Source: Patescibacteria group bacterium (GTDB lineage: Bacteria; Patescibacteriota; UBA1384; UBA12157; JAENIV01). From it: a stretch of 64,000 bases of DNA. The stretch covers positions 1,519-65,518 of the forward strand of contig JAMCZU010000035.1 of NCBI GenBank assembly GCA_023485405.1, in the 5' to 3' direction. This document shows positions 37,959-51,020 of this stretch, piece after piece (positions within the stretch are counted from its first letter, which is position 1; the number at the start of each line of letters is the position of its first letter). Made by a program: the position numbers and the translations under genes. The notes below the pieces were generated by a model that did no database searches, was not told where the DNA came from, and worked only from the letters and a program-made list of their open reading frames with translations.

Positions 37959-39830
37959 ATGGCAAGAAAAAAAGTCCGAAAATTAAGTAAAAAAGAAGCG
38001 AAAGCGGAAAAAAAGACGACTGACAGTCGAGCAGAGTTTTTTGAAGAAAAAAAAGTTGAAACCGCTAAAACTCAAGAGCGCGAGGTTGTTGAAATTCCCT
38101 CTGTTTTGTCGGTGCGTGAATTTGCCGAAGCTCTTAAAATGCCCGTAACTCAAGTTATTTCCAAGTTAGTTAAAAACGGCGTCATGGCGACAATTAATGA
38201 ACTAATTGATTTTGATACGATGTCTATTATCGCCGATGAACTTGGTGTTGACTTAAAACAAGAAGAAGAAAAAAAGCAAACTTTTGAATCACCCAAACAA
38301 ACGAAAAAAAATCTTCAAACTCGTCCACCGGTAGTCACAATTATGGGTCATGTTGACCACGGTAAAACTCAGCTTTTAGACGCCATTCGTCACACCGATG
38401 TCATTGCCACTGAATCAGGTGGAATTACTCAACACATTGGTGCTTATCAAGTAAATGTAGGACAAAAAGACAAAAAGACCGAGAGACAAAGAGTAATCAC
38501 CTTTTTAGATACGCCTGGTCATGAAGCTTTCTCAGCGATGCGAGCTCACGGGGCTAATATTACTGATGTCGTGGTTTTGGTGGTCGCGGCCAACGATGGT
38601 GTCAAGCCCCAAACTCAAGAAGCTTATTCTCATGCTAAAGAAGCTAAAGTGCCAATCGTTGTGGCGATCAATAAAATTGATTTACCGGACGCCGATGTGG
38701 AAAAAACCAAAAGACAGTTAGCCGACATTGGACTTTTGCCGGAAGGCTGGGGTGGTAAAACGCCAATGGTGGAAGTTTCAGCCAAAATGCATCAAAATAT
38801 TGATAAACTTTTGGAAATGATTATTTTAGTGGCCGATTTAGAAGATCTCAAAGCCGACCCGACACTTGCAGCCGCGGGCGTCGTGATCGAATCGCATATG
38901 CAAGCCGGGATGGGTCCGATTGCCACTATTTTAGTTCAAGAAGGCACCTTGCATTTGGGTGACCCAATTGTCATTGGTCAAACCTATGGCAAGATCAGAA
39001 TTATGGAAAATTATTTGGGCAAAAAGATTAAAGAAGCGTTACCTGCGACACCCGTCAGAGTGGCTGGATTGCAAGATTTGCCAGATTTTGGTGACCGATT
39101 TTTAGCCGTTGAAAACGATAAAATTGCCAAAGAATTAGTTAAAACTAAAACCATCAAGCGAAAAGTTTTGTCTATTGGCGAACTTTCCCGTGATATTAGA
39201 GAAGGTAAAGTTAAAGAATTAAAAATAGTTCTCAAAGCTGATGTGGCTGGATCATTGGAAGCAATTAAAAATTCACTTAAAAATATTTCCACATCAGAGG
39301 TAAAAATTAATGTTATTCATGAAGGAGTGGGTGATGTGACTGAGTCAGATGTGAATATGGCGGTCGCTTCCGAAGCCTTAGTGATTGGTTTTCGGATTAA
39401 AGCTCAAGCCGAAGTGATGAATTTGGCTAATCGTGAAAAAATTAAAATTTCAATTTATGATATTATTTATCAACTATTGGATGATCTCGCCGCCGCTTTG
39501 TCGGGGCTTTTGGAGCCGGAAATTATTGAAACGGAAGTTGGTCGCTTGCAAGTTTTGGCGGTTTTTAAAATTTCTAAAAATGAAAAAATTATTGGTGGTA
39601 AAGTGACTACTGGCAAAATTGAAAATGGTGCCGAGGTCAGAATTGTTCGTGATCGCGACAATGTTGGCACTGGTAAAATTACTAATTTACAACAAAACAA
39701 AAAGGATATGAGCGAAGTTTTGGAAGGTTTTGAAGCTGGTTTGAAAGTGGAGACATCAACAAAAATCCAAGTGGGCGATTCTCTTGAGTGTTTCCGAAAG
39801 GAAGAACGAATTCGTAAATTGGGGGAGTAA
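37959..39830 (+). CDS. infB: Translation initiation factor IF-2, short form lacking the long N-terminal region. GTG 37941 is an alternative start.
   Basis: G domain [26 protein letters not shown]-terminal beta-barrel domains. Confidence 0.9.
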   Translation: MARKKVRKLSKKEAKAEKKTTDSRAEFFEEKKVETAKTQEREVVEIPSVLSVREFAEALKMPVTQVISKLVKNGVMATINELIDFDTMSIIADELGVDLKQEEEKKQTFESPKQTKKNLQTRPPVVTIMGHVDHGKTQLLDAIRHTDVIATESGGITQHIGAYQVNVGQKDKKTERQRVITFLDTPGHEAFSAMRAHGANITDVVVLVVAANDGVKPQTQEAYSHAKEAKVPIVVAINKIDLPDADVEKTKRQLADIGLLPEGWGGKTPMVEVSAKMHQNIDKLLEMIILVADLEDLKADPTLAAAGVVIESHMQAGMGPIATILVQEGTLHLGDPIVIGQTYGKIRIMENYLGKKIKEALPATPVRVAGLQDLPDFGDRFLAVENDKIAKELVKTKTIKRKVLSIGELSRDIREGKVKELKIVLKADVAGSLEAIKNSLKNISTSEVKINVIHEGVGDVTESDVNMAVASEALVIGFRIKAQAEVMNLANREKIKISIYDIIYQLLDDLAAALSGLLEPEIIETEVGRLQVLAVFKISKNEKIIGGKVTTGKIENGAEVRIVRDRDNVGTGKITNLQQNKKDMSEVLEGFEAGLKVETSTKIQVGDSLECFRKEERIRKLGE

Positions 39831-39845
39831 TTTACAAATTTTAAA

Positions 39846-40706
39846 GTGAAAGGGGTGAAGTACGTGAATGATTCTGATTGTGATAAAGAATTGTCTTGCA
39901 GTATAGATTGGTATCTTTCTCAGAAAGCTAACACACATGGATTGCTGACAGCCGAAGAAGAAATCACTTTAGCTAAGAGAAAGGAAGCCGGTGACGAAGA
40001 GGCAAGACGGATTTTGATTGAAAGTAATATGGGTTTAGTTGTTGCTCGTGCTGCGCGGTGTCGAAATTGTGGTGTACCACTATCTGATCTTGTTCAAGAA
40101 GGTAATATTGGCTTAATTATGGCGGCAGAGAATTTTGATTATCGTAAAAAATGTCGTTTTAGTACTTATGCCGACCCTTGGATTAGAGATAGAATTGCAC
40201 TTGAGATCAGACGACGAGAGAGAATTATCTCTTTGCCAGATAATATTGCCCGGCAATTAATAGCTCTTGACAGAATTTTTGATTATTTTTCACAGAATTT
40301 CGGTCGAACACCGACCTTTAGTGAGTTGGTGGCCGAAATGGCATTGGATGAAGAAAGGATTGAAGAATTGGTACAATATCGTGCCAATTTAATAGACATA
40401 TTATCTTTGGAAGAAGATTGCAGACAACTAGTTGATAGCTTAGGAGATCCAGGATCACCCGATCCTTGTCAGACGGCTATTGCCGAAGACAATCGAAGGC
40501 AAATAATTGAAACGTTTTCGACTGTTTTAACCGTAAAGGAATTATTTGTGATCATAAAACGTTTTGGTCTTTATGATAACATTCCTCAAAATCTTAAAAC
40601 CATAGGGCAAAGACTTAAGATTACGCGGGAGGCTGTTCGTCAGTTAGAAGTAAGAGCAATTAAAAAGATCAGAGAAAAAGTGGCTTTTGTGCTTTTAGAT
40701 TATTAG
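39846..40706 (+). CDS. Sigma-70 family RNA polymerase sigma factor (short, 286 aa). The start is uncertain: GTG 39846 or GTG 39864.
   Basis: Region 2 (TYADPWIRDRIALEI) and region 4.2 HTH (LKTIGQRLKITREAVRQLEVRAIKKIR). Confidence 0.75.
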   Translation: MKGVKYVNDSDCDKELSCSIDWYLSQKANTHGLLTAEEEITLAKRKEAGDEEARRILIESNMGLVVARAARCRNCGVPLSDLVQEGNIGLIMAAENFDYRKKCRFSTYADPWIRDRIALEIRRRERIISLPDNIARQLIALDRIFDYFSQNFGRTPTFSELVAEMALDEERIEELVQYRANLIDILSLEEDCRQLVDSLGDPGSPDPCQTAIAEDNRRQIIETFSTVLTVKELFVIIKRFGLYDNIPQNLKTIGQRLKITREAVRQLEVRAIKKIREKVAFVLLDY

Positions 40707-40709
40707 TTC

Positions 40710-40735
40710 CCCGATGTAAAAATCGGGGTTTTTGA
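40710..40735 (+). terminator. Intrinsic terminator ccccgatgtaaaaatcgggg plus T5, immediately followed by the extended -10 TGaTATAAT of cdaA
   Basis: Hairpin plus T-run, seen directly. Confidence 0.65.
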
Positions 40736-40749
40736 TATAATAAATATAT

Positions 40750-41601
40750 ATGAACTCGACTGAAATTGGTTCGCAGGCATTTCAAAAAGTTCTAGGGGCA
40801 TCAGACAAAGCCCATTATTTTTTGGGTCAATTTAATTTAAAAAGTCAGCCTTTTGAAATTTTAGATATTCTACTGGTGGCTATTCTAATTTATTGGGTCT
40901 ATTTAATTCTTCATGAAACGCGGGCAATGCGGATTCTTTACGGCATTGTGGTTTTGGTCATTATTATGGTTTTAGGCCGACTTTTGCAATTACAAGCCTT
41001 AAATTTTATTTTAACCTATGTTTTAGCAGCATTAGTGGTGGCTATTCCAGTGGTTTTTCAGCCCGAGCTTCGAGCGGCGTTAGAGCGGCTTGGTCGGACT
41101 AAATTTGTGGGTGAATTTGGCGGGTTAAAAAAAGACAAACTTGACGACATTGTATCCGAAATTCTTTCAGCCATTGACTTTTTTGCCGAAAATAAACGAG
41201 GGGCAATTATTGTTTTAACTCGTCAAACGGGACTCCGCGATATTGTTTCGTCTGGTGTGCGCTTGGACGCCGAAATTTCAAAACAACTTTTAATTACGAT
41301 TTTTTCGCCTAAGACACCATTGCATGACGGCGCGGTAATTATTTCTGGTGATAAAATTATCGCCGCTAATTGTTGGTTACCACTAATCGAACAAGAATTT
41401 AAATACGATCTTGGCACGCGTCATCGGGCGGCTTCGGGAATTACAACCGATACAGACGCGATTGTTTTAGTTGTCTCCGAAGAAACAGGAAAAATTTCTT
41501 TAGCGGTGGGTGGTAATTTGACCACCGATTTAAAAACAGGACAGTTAAAAGATTTCTTAACGAAAATGTTGCAACACAAGATTGAAGGGGTGGCTTCATG
41601 A
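40750..41601 (+). CDS. cdaA: Diadenylate cyclase CdaA (DisA_N/DAC domain) with N-terminal TM helices
   Basis: DAC motifs GAIIVL, HDGAVIISG and GTRHRAASGIT. Confidence 0.85.
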   Translation: MNSTEIGSQAFQKVLGASDKAHYFLGQFNLKSQPFEILDILLVAILIYWVYLILHETRAMRILYGIVVLVIIMVLGRLLQLQALNFILTYVLAALVVAIPVVFQPELRAALERLGRTKFVGEFGGLKKDKLDDIVSEILSAIDFFAENKRGAIIVLTRQTGLRDIVSSGVRLDAEISKQLLITIFSPKTPLHDGAVIISGDKIIAANCWLPLIEQEFKYDLGTRHRAASGITTDTDAIVLVVSEETGKISLAVGGNLTTDLKTGQLKDFLTKMLQHKIEGVAS

Positions 41602-42815
41602 ATATTTTCCAAAAAATATTTCAGAATTTTCCCGCCAAAATTGGTAGTATTTTAATTGCCATTTTAATTTGGGTTTATGTTGGTTCGGGCCTGGCTCAAA
41701 TTGATACTTTTCCGGGTAAAATTCCAATTGATTTTAAAAATATACCCCAAGGATTAGTGCCAGTCTCTGACATTGATAGTGTTTCAGTGAAAGTTGCAGC
41801 GGCATCTGCTCTTTGGAAAAATTTAAATACTGATTCTTTTTCTGCTGTCATTGATCTTGCTGGCTTTACGGAAGGAACTTATGAATTACCGGTTAAAATA
41901 AACTCTAATGTGCCTGATGTCCAAATTGTGGAAGTCAGTCCTGCTAAAGTCTTAGTACGTTTAGAAAAAATTACCGATAAAGAAGTACCCGTTGTTTTGC
42001 AAGTTGAAGGTAAAGCGGCCGATGGTTTTGTCGTCGGCGATTGGAAACTGAAACCTGACCGAGTGAAAGTTTCGGGGGCTAATTCGGAAATAGCCAAAAT
42101 TATTGAAGCCACAGCCAAAATTACACTCGCTGGTGAGAAAGACAATATCCAAAGAATTCTAAAAGTGGTGGCCTTAGACTCAGCTGGTAACGAAATAAGG
42201 AATTTAAGTTTTTCGCCGGCGGAAGTTGTGGCTCAAGTACCTTTAGTTCAAGCTTCATCGGCCAAAACAGTCGGCATTAAAGTTGTTACTTCCGGTCAGC
42301 CAGCAGATGGTTTTTGGATGTCAGGCATTGAAACGGAACCGGCACAAGTAGCCATTACGGCTTCGGCTTCCTTAATCAATGAAATTAGTTTTATCGAGAC
42401 TAAGGAAATTAATATTACGGGTATTGCCGTAACCAAAGAATTTACGACAACTTTGAAACCGGCAGTCGGGGTGACAGTGCTTGATAATGTTCCTTTAGTT
42501 AAAGCTAAAATTGTGATTTCACCCATTGGTTCAACGCGTCAATTTCAAGTGGGCTTTAATTGGAAAAATTTAAATCCTGGTTTAAAAGTGGCTTCCGTTG
42601 ATCCGCAAACTGTAACTTTGGTTTTAACCGGCTCAACTTACGATTTGTCTCAACTTAACACCAAAGATGTTGCTATCAATGTTGATCTTAGTTCCCACCC
42701 TCAATCAGGCACTTACTCGGTTGATATAACACGTAGCAATATCTCTTTGCCCAATGGTATTTCTTTCTCTTCGGTTGTGCCCTCGGCCATTAATGTGAGG
42801 CTGGAAAATCTTTAA
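41598..42815 (+). CDS. cdaR: CdaR/YbbR-domain regulator of CdaA
   Basis: ATGA overlap with cdaA. N-terminal TM helix. Repeated YbbR-like beta domains. Confidence 0.75.
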   Translation: MNIFQKIFQNFPAKIGSILIAILIWVYVGSGLAQIDTFPGKIPIDFKNIPQGLVPVSDIDSVSVKVAAASALWKNLNTDSFSAVIDLAGFTEGTYELPVKINSNVPDVQIVEVSPAKVLVRLEKITDKEVPVVLQVEGKAADGFVVGDWKLKPDRVKVSGANSEIAKIIEATAKITLAGEKDNIQRILKVVALDSAGNEIRNLSFSPAEVVAQVPLVQASSAKTVGIKVVTSGQPADGFWMSGIETEPAQVAITASASLINEISFIETKEINITGIAVTKEFTTTLKPAVGVTVLDNVPLVKAKIVISPIGSTRQFQVGFNWKNLNPGLKVASVDPQTVTLVLTGSTYDLSQLNTKDVAINVDLSSHPQSGTYSVDITRSNISLPNGISFSSVVPSAINVRLENL

Positions 42816-42862
42816 AATGATCTTGAATTTGACTTAAGTGTTAACTTTGGCTAAACTTAAAA

Positions 42863-44891
<2,029 letters not shown>

Positions 44892-44911
44892 GAACTAGAA
44901 TTTAATAACTT

Positions 44912-45409
44912 ATGGCTAGTGTAATTATTGTAGATCAAAACGATCAAGTAATTGATTCAAAGGAACGAAATATAGTTGATCATAGTAAAGATATTTGTCG
45001 GATATCAGTTCTTTGGATTACCAATTCCAAGAATCAAATTCTTTTAGCTCAAAGAAAACTGACTAAGAAATATAATCCAGGCAAGTGGGGACCAGCAGTT
45101 GGTGGAACGAATGAAGAGGGTGAAACGTATGAGAGTAATATTTATAAAGAAGCTTCGGAAGAAATTGGTCTTAAAGGTTACGATTTTCAAAAAGGATTAA
45201 AATTTTTTGTCGCTCAGCCTAATAAAAAATTTTGCCAGACTTTTTACTTGAATATTAATTGGCAGTTGGAACAATTTAATATTCAAAAAGAAGAAGTCGA
45301 ACAAGTGAGATGGTTTGATCAAGAAGAACTCTTAGAAGAACTCAAAAATGACCCCGACAGTTACACTGAGGTGGTTCATTTAATAATGAGAAGCACTAAA
45401 TCTAAATAA
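44912..45409 (+). CDS. Nudix hydrolase
   Basis: Nudix box GGTNEEGETYESNIYKEASEEIGL. Confidence 0.7.
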   Translation: MASVIIVDQNDQVIDSKERNIVDHSKDICRISVLWITNSKNQILLAQRKLTKKYNPGKWGPAVGGTNEEGETYESNIYKEASEEIGLKGYDFQKGLKFFVAQPNKKFCQTFYLNINWQLEQFNIQKEEVEQVRWFDQEELLEELKNDPDSYTEVVHLIMRSTKSK

Positions 45410-45412
45410 TAA

Positions 45413-46099
45413 CTAGAATTTAAAATGCATAATTTTGTCAAATGAGCACTCACAAGGGGATTTCTTGCAGACATGGCAATTATTTTTAAAAACTATTGAA
45501 AGTTTAGTAGCTAAATCGCTTTTAAGTGAATTAAAAACACCAATATAACAAGAAAAGAGATCAGCTGCTTCAAGGGTAACTTGTTTAAAATCATCATCTT
45601 TATGACTGCCACGATAATTTAAAACAGTCTCTGATAGTTCTCCTATTTCTTCGGCTAAATGAATTCCTGCGTGTTCCAGTGTACGAGTAGTGGAAGGATA
45701 TATTTTTTCAAACATTATTTGAAATTCTTTTAAAGTTTTTGGCCTGAGCTTATTATCGATCGTAATTTTTTGTCTTTTTTTAACCTTTTTACTTTTGCAG
45801 GAACAAGGTAGATCGCCACAATAAGAACAAACATAAGGAAAACGATGCCAAACATTTTCTTCAAGATTAATATGAAGTTGATTCATCAAAGACATATACC
45901 AACTCAAAGAGATAATGAGATTAAGCTCAATTTTTTCTTGATCTTCTTTTCGGATACCTTTTAATCCTCTCATTAAAAAACGTTCAACATTGGTCAACAT
46001 GTCCCAAGCGTTAAAATAGCGATCATTAGAAACACCATAGACTTCTTGAGTAAAAGCTTGAAGTCCGTGAATGGTTGTATTGGATTTAATAGAAGGCAT
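45413..46099 (-). CDS. MazG-like NTP pyrophosphohydrolase-fold protein with two Cys clusters (CSYCGDLPCSC, CHVCKKSPCEC)
   Basis: EEIGELSE-type MazG helix motif. GAGGT RBS. Confidence 0.45.
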   Translation of the reverse strand: MPSIKSNTTIHGLQAFTQEVYGVSNDRYFNAWDMLTNVERFLMRGLKGIRKEDQEKIELNLIISLSWYMSLMNQLHINLEENVWHRFPYVCSYCGDLPCSCKSKKVKKRQKITIDNKLRPKTLKEFQIMFEKIYPSTTRTLEHAGIHLAEEIGELSETVLNYRGSHKDDDFKQVTLEAADLFSCYIGVFNSLKSDLATKLSIVFKNNCHVCKKSPCECSFDKIMHFKF

Positions 46100-46167
46100 T
46101 TTTACCTCGTCTTTAAATTAATCTTTTTATTATCTTTTTGTCAAACCCTTTATATTTAACCAGTCAG

Positions 46168-46917
46168 AACCCACCCCAGGGGTGGGTTCTAGAAGGTTAG
46201 AAATTTGTGTATAATAAGCTTATGAAACGAAAAATACCATTAGTAACAGGTGAAGTTTATCATATTTTAAGTCGGAGTATCGCTGGATATGAGATTTTTA
46301 ATAATCAAGGCGATTATGTGAGGATGCAACGATTATTGAAATATTATCAATTCGATTTCGATTGGAAGTTTTCCGATTTTATTAATCTAGATATCGTTGG
46401 AAAAAATGGATTTGACCAATCTTTAAATATATTTTCAGTTGATAAAGAAAAACAAGTACAAATTATTGCGTATTGTTTAATGCCCACACATGTTCATTTG
46501 ATTCTTAAGCAATTAAAGGATGATGGGATTTCAAAATATTTTGGTAATACTTTAAATAGTTATACTCGTCATTTTAATAATAAGCATAAAAGAAAAGGTC
46601 CTCTTTGGGAAGAGAAGTTTAAAAATATTTTAATAGTTAACGATAACCAGCTGCTGCATTTAACAAGATATATTCATCTTAATCCAGTAACTGCATTATT
46701 GGCGAATAAGCCAGAGGGGTGGTTGTTTTCATCTTATAGGGAATATTTGAATATCAAAGATCAGTCAATAATGTGCAATTACCAGGATATTTTAGATATC
46801 CAACCTAAATCATATCGTAAATTTGTTAATGATAGAATTTCTTACCAAAAAGAGCTCGCTAAAATAAAAGCATTACTACTTGATTGAACCATTTAAAACC
46901 CACCCCTGGGGTGGGTT
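46168..46917 (+). mobile_element. RAYT/IS200-like element: a Y1 (HUH) transposase gene flanked by inverted copies of a 21-nt REP-like hairpin
   Basis: Left hairpin aacccaccccaggggtgggtt at 46168-46188. Right hairpin at 46897-46917 is its exact reverse complement (loop cag versus ctg). Confidence 0.65.
46207..46887 (+). CDS. REP-associated tyrosine transposase (RAYT) / IS200-IS605 TnpA-like HUH transposase
   Basis: HUH motif MPTHVHLIL. Catalytic Tyr region NSYTRHFN. Also PLWE and IHLNP motifs. TGTGTATAAT promoter upstream. Confidence 0.75.
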   Translation: MYNKLMKRKIPLVTGEVYHILSRSIAGYEIFNNQGDYVRMQRLLKYYQFDFDWKFSDFINLDIVGKNGFDQSLNIFSVDKEKQVQIIAYCLMPTHVHLILKQLKDDGISKYFGNTLNSYTRHFNNKHKRKGPLWEEKFKNILIVNDNQLLHLTRYIHLNPVTALLANKPEGWLFSSYREYLNIKDQSIMCNYQDILDIQPKSYRKFVNDRISYQKELAKIKALLLD

Positions 46918-46998
46918 ATAGGTTGACAAAAGACTATTTTTTAGATAAAAAGAAAATGTCTTCCAATCTAAAAATGGGAGCAGAGGGGGAAGAATACG

Positions 46999-47388
46999 GT
47001 GGAACTAAGACAATTTGTGACGGCGGACGATATTTTAGTTGCTTTTGGTCATTTTCTCTCTGAAGAGAATATTCATAGTTTTGATTCGTCTCCTGAAAAA
47101 ATGCATCGTTGGTTCTTTAACCATCGTGGAGAGTTATCTTGTGAGCTGCATTTTAGCAATCGAGGCTTTGGCCCGGATAGTGAAGAATTACATCAAGCTC
47201 TTTCTAATCTGTCAACGTGTAGAATCACATATTGGAAAAGCAATGAGGGCAGTAGTAGGTTGTATTTTGAACCGGTTGTCAGTCAGTTATATCAAGAGGA
47301 CAAAAAAGATCTTCTTGAAAAACATGGTTTGGGCGAAGAAAAACTCAAGCTTTTAGCAAAATCATTCGCCGAAAGTTGCTCTGTCTAG
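46999..47388 (+). CDS. Hypothetical protein (129 aa), GTG start
   Basis: GAGGGGGAAG RBS. Followed by the terminator gcgggttaacccccgc plus T7 at 47386-47410. Confidence 0.5.
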   Translation: MELRQFVTADDILVAFGHFLSEENIHSFDSSPEKMHRWFFNHRGELSCELHFSNRGFGPDSEELHQALSNLSTCRITYWKSNEGSSRLYFEPVVSQLYQEDKKDLLEKHGLGEEKLKLLAKSFAESCSV

Positions 47389-47516
47389 CGGGTTAACCCC
47401 CGCTTTTTTTCTGCCAAACCCTTGATCCTGCTAGAACTCCTTTCTCAAAAACGGACTATGTCCTGTTATTTGAGAAGCGTCGTCTACAGGATCTGCGGGC
47501 CGACATGACGTCGGCC

Positions 47517-47551
47517 CTTGACAAAAAAGTGATGTTATTGTATACTCGATT
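47517..47551 (+). promoter_or_regulatory. rpoBC promoter: consensus TTGACA-N17-TATACT, preceded by an 8-bp GC hairpin gggccgac...gtcggccc
   Basis: Perfect -35 hexamer with 17-nt spacing to the -10. The hairpin at 47494-47514 directly abuts the -35. Confidence 0.6.
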
Positions 47552-47660
47552 TAGAGAATAAAATAAGGAAGAAAAGGGTGGAAAGAATTTATTATATATA
47601 AGTGATTTCTCTGCCTTTAAGCAGCAGTTATTGCTGTATGTTTGTTTGGAGATTTTTTTA

Positions 47661-50600
47661 GTGTCAAGAATACAACTTGGTCAACAAAAAAGAATATCTC
47701 TCCCAGTTAGAGACTTAATCGAAGTCCAGATAAACTCTTATAATTGGTTTTTCCGTGAGGGAATTAAAGAACTATTAGAAGAAATTAGTCCCGTTGAAGA
47801 TTTCACCGGGAAACTTTTGCAACTCGAATTTTTAGATGTTTCAATGGATCAACCGCGTTATGGCGAAGAAGCAACTCGTGATAAAAATTTAACTTTTGAG
47901 GCGCCACTTCGCTGTCAGGTCAGACTGACAAATAAAATTACTGGTCGCACTAAAGAAGCAACTGTCTTTCTAGGTGATTTTCCTTTAATGACTGATCGTG
48001 GTACTTTTATTGTTAATGGTATTGAAAGAGTCGTGGTTTCACAGATCGTTCGTTCATACGGTGTTCTTTTTGTTTCAGAAGAAGTTGCGGGCCGAAAGTT
48101 TTTTGGCGCTAAAATTATTCCTTCAAGAGGGGCTTGGCTGGAATTTGAAACCTCACTTCGTGATGTTATTTCCGTTAAAGTTGATCGCAAAAGAAAAATT
48201 TTAGTGACTACTTTCTTGCGCGCTTTGGGAATGACGACTGAACAAATTATTCATGCTTTTGAAGGTGTCAGTGATGATAAAGATCATAATTATATTAAAG
48301 CCACTTTAGCTCGTGACAATGCCAAAACTTATGAAGAAGCTTTAGTTGAAGTTTACAAAAGAATTCGACCAGGTGATTTAGCCACTCCGGAAACGGCTAA
48401 AACTTTTATCGAAGCAATGTTCTTTAATCGCAAACGCTATGATCTTGGTAAAGTTGGCCGATACAAAATGAACCAACGATTAGGAATGAATGCTTCTTTT
48501 GATGTTAAAAATCGAGTGCTACGGCTTGAAGATGTTATTGATACAATTAAAGAAATTATTCGACTTAATAATGATCCAATGGCCGAGCAAGACGATATTG
48601 ACCATTTGAAAAATCGTCGTGTTCGCGCGGTGGGAGAATTAATTCAAGGCAAAGTTCGAGTCGGAATGCTTCGAATGGAAAGAATTATTAAAGATCGAAT
48701 GTCCGTACTTGACTCTGATACCGTCACGCCAAGTCAATTAATTAATGCTCGTCCGGTGATGGCTGTCTTGCAAGAATTTTTTGCTTCATCACAGCTTTCA
48801 CAATTTATGAATCAAACTAATCCTTTAGCTGAATTGGAACACAAAAGATGTCTTTCAGCCATTGGGCCAGGTGGTCTTTCGCGAGAACGTGCTGGTTTTG
48901 AAGTTCGTGATGTTCACTCATCTCACTACGGCCGAATTTGTCCGATTGAAACACCCGAAGGTCCAAATATTGGTTTGGTTGGCTATATGGCCACTTATGC
49001 TAAGGTCAATGAATACGGTTTTATTGAAACACCGTATCTTGTGGTGGAACAAAAAGACAAAAAACCTCAAGTTACCAGCAAAGTGGTTTATTTGGATGCC
49101 GATGAAGAAGAAAAAGCCATTATCGTGCCAATTTCGGCTAAAGTTGATAAAGATGGTTATTTGACTGAATCAAAAACAATTGTTCGTAAATATGGTGAAC
49201 CAGTGTTAGAGCGAACTTCCAAAATTCAATATATGGATGTTTCGCCTCGTCAAATTGTTTCTATTTCAACGGCTTTAATTCCGTTTGTGGAGCACGACGA
49301 TGCGACCAGAGCTTCGATGGGTTCAAACATGGAACGTCAAGCTGTACCATTAATTCGTCCTGAATCACCAATTGTTGGTACGGGCATGGAACAAGATGCC
49401 GCCCGTGACTCCGGCCAATGTTTATTTGCCGATACCGCTGGTGTGGTAACCGAAGCTTCGGGTTCGGAAATTATCTTAGAGACAAAAAATGGTAATAAAA
49501 AATATTTACTGAAAAAATTTCAACGTTCAAACCAAGCCACTTGTCTTAACCAACGACCAATGGTCAGCATTGGCGACAAGATAAAAATCGGCGATTTATT
49601 AGCTGACTCTTCAGCCACTGATAATTGCGAATTGGCTTTGGGTAAAAATGTGCTCGTCGCTTTTATGTCTTTTAAAGGTGCTAACTTTGAAGATGCCATT
49701 ATTATTTCGGAAAAATTAGTCCGTGAAGATGTTTATACTTCAATTCATATTGAAAAGTATCCGATTGAAGTACGCGATACTAAACTTGGACCGGAATTAT
49801 TAACGCGCGATATTCCCAATGTTTCCGAAGAAGCGTTAGCTAATTTGGATGAACAAGGAATTATTCGAATTGGGGCCGAAGTGGCCGCGGGTGATATTTT
49901 GGTGGGTAAGATTTCGCCTAAAGGTGAAACTGAACTTTCAGCCGAAGAAAAATTACTGCGCGCGATTTTTGGTGAAAAAGCTAAAGATGTGAAAGATACT
50001 TCACTTCGACTGCCTCATGGTGAATATGGTCGCATTGTCGGCATTAAAATCTTTTCAAAAGAAAAAGGCGACGAATTAGCGGCTGGTGTTTATCAAATCG
50101 TCGAAATTTCGGTGGCCCAACAGCGAAAAGTGCAAATTGGTGATAAATTAGCTGGTCGTCATGGTAATAAAGGGGTTATTTCCACTATTTTACCAGAAGC
50201 GGAAATGCCTTATTTAGCTGATGGGACGCCGGTTGATATTGTTCTTAATCCTTTAGGTGTTATTTCTCGTATGAATTTGGGTCAAATTTTAGAAACTCAT
50301 TTAGGTTGGGCGGCTAAAGCAAAAAATATCAAAGTCGCCACACCAGTCTTTGAAGCAATTGATTTTCCAAAAATTCAAGAAATGTTAAGAGAAGTTAATT
50401 TACCAGAAGACGGTAAAATTCAGCTTTACGATGGTCGTACCGGTGAGCCGTTTGACCAAAAAACCACCGTTGGGATTATTTATGTAATGAAACTTTGTCA
50501 TTTGGTTGATGATAAAATGCATGCTCGTTCCACTGGTCCATATTCAATGGTGACTCAACAGCCGCTGGGTGGAAAAGCGCAATTTGGTGGTCAACGTTTT

Positions 50601-51005
50601 GGAGAAATGGAAGTTTGGGCTTTGGAAGCCTATGGTGCAGCCCATTCGTTGCAAGAAATGTTAACGATTAAGTCAGATGATGTGGTTGGCCGATCAAAAG
50701 CTTACGAGGCAATTATTAAAGGTGAAGAGATTCAAAAACCCCAAATTCCAGCAAGCTTTTATGTTTTAGTCAAAGAATTACAATCGTTAGGCCTTAATGT
50801 TGAAATGCTAAGTTCGAATGATCTTTCAAGACGAAAAGCTGCGGCCGCGCCAAGTGTCTCGACCGAAAAAAATGAGCAAGATTTAAAAATAGAAACACCG
50901 GAAGAAAATATTGCTGAAGAAAAAGATGCCGAAGTGACAGAGTTAGATGTGCCTGAACCGGAAATGGTCGAAGAATCTGTTGATAAGGGAAAAGACCTAC
51001 TTTAA
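47661..51005 (+). CDS. rpoB: DNA-directed RNA polymerase subunit beta. GTG start with a GGAG RBS; the ORF track starts at 47631.
   Basis: Colinear with RpoB throughout. The rifampicin-cluster region reads [30 protein letters not shown]. Confidence 0.95.
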   Translation: MSRIQLGQQKRISLPVRDLIEVQINSYNWFFREGIKELLEEISPVEDFTGKLLQLEFLDVSMDQPRYGEEATRDKNLTFEAPLRCQVRLTNKITGRTKEATVFLGDFPLMTDRGTFIVNGIERVVVSQIVRSYGVLFVSEEVAGRKFFGAKIIPSRGAWLEFETSLRDVISVKVDRKRKILVTTFLRALGMTTEQIIHAFEGVSDDKDHNYIKATLARDNAKTYEEALVEVYKRIRPGDLATPETAKTFIEAMFFNRKRYDLGKVGRYKMNQRLGMNASFDVKNRVLRLEDVIDTIKEIIRLNNDPMAEQDDIDHLKNRRVRAVGELIQGKVRVGMLRMERIIKDRMSVLDSDTVTPSQLINARPVMAVLQEFFASSQLSQFMNQTNPLAELEHKRCLSAIGPGGLSRERAGFEVRDVHSSHYGRICPIETPEGPNIGLVGYMATYAKVNEYGFIETPYLVVEQKDKKPQVTSKVVYLDADEEEKAIIVPISAKVDKDGYLTESKTIVRKYGEPVLERTSKIQYMDVSPRQIVSISTALIPFVEHDDATRASMGSNMERQAVPLIRPESPIVGTGMEQDAARDSGQCLFADTAGVVTEASGSEIILETKNGNKKYLLKKFQRSNQATCLNQRPMVSIGDKIKIGDLLADSSATDNCELALGKNVLVAFMSFKGANFEDAIIISEKLVREDVYTSIHIEKYPIEVRDTKLGPELLTRDIPNVSEEALANLDEQGIIRIGAEVAAGDILVGKISPKGETELSAEEKLLRAIFGEKAKDVKDTSLRLPHGEYGRIVGIKIFSKEKGDELAAGVYQIVEISVAQQRKVQIGDKLAGRHGNKGVISTILPEAEMPYLADGTPVDIVLNPLGVISRMNLGQILETHLGWAAKAKNIKVATPVFEAIDFPKIQEMLREVNLPEDGKIQLYDGRTGEPFDQKTTVGIIYVMKLCHLVDDKMHARSTGPYSMVTQQPLGGKAQFGGQRFGEMEVWALEAYGAAHSLQEMLTIKSDDVVGRSKAYEAIIKGEEIQKPQIPASFYVLVKELQSLGLNVEMLSSNDLSRRKAAAAPSVSTEKNEQDLKIETPEENIAEEKDAEVTELDVPEPEMVEESVDKGKDLL

Positions 51006-51020
51006 ATTGAGGAAAATTAA

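Noticed and set aside
39756-39938. Minus-strand 60-aa ORF bridging infB and the sigma factor gene
   Set aside because: It is antisense across a gene junction with no signals. Spurious.
47039-47356. 105-aa ORF overlapping the 129-aa hypothetical in another frame
   Set aside because: The 46999-47388 frame has a strong RBS and a terminator. The overlapping frame has neither.
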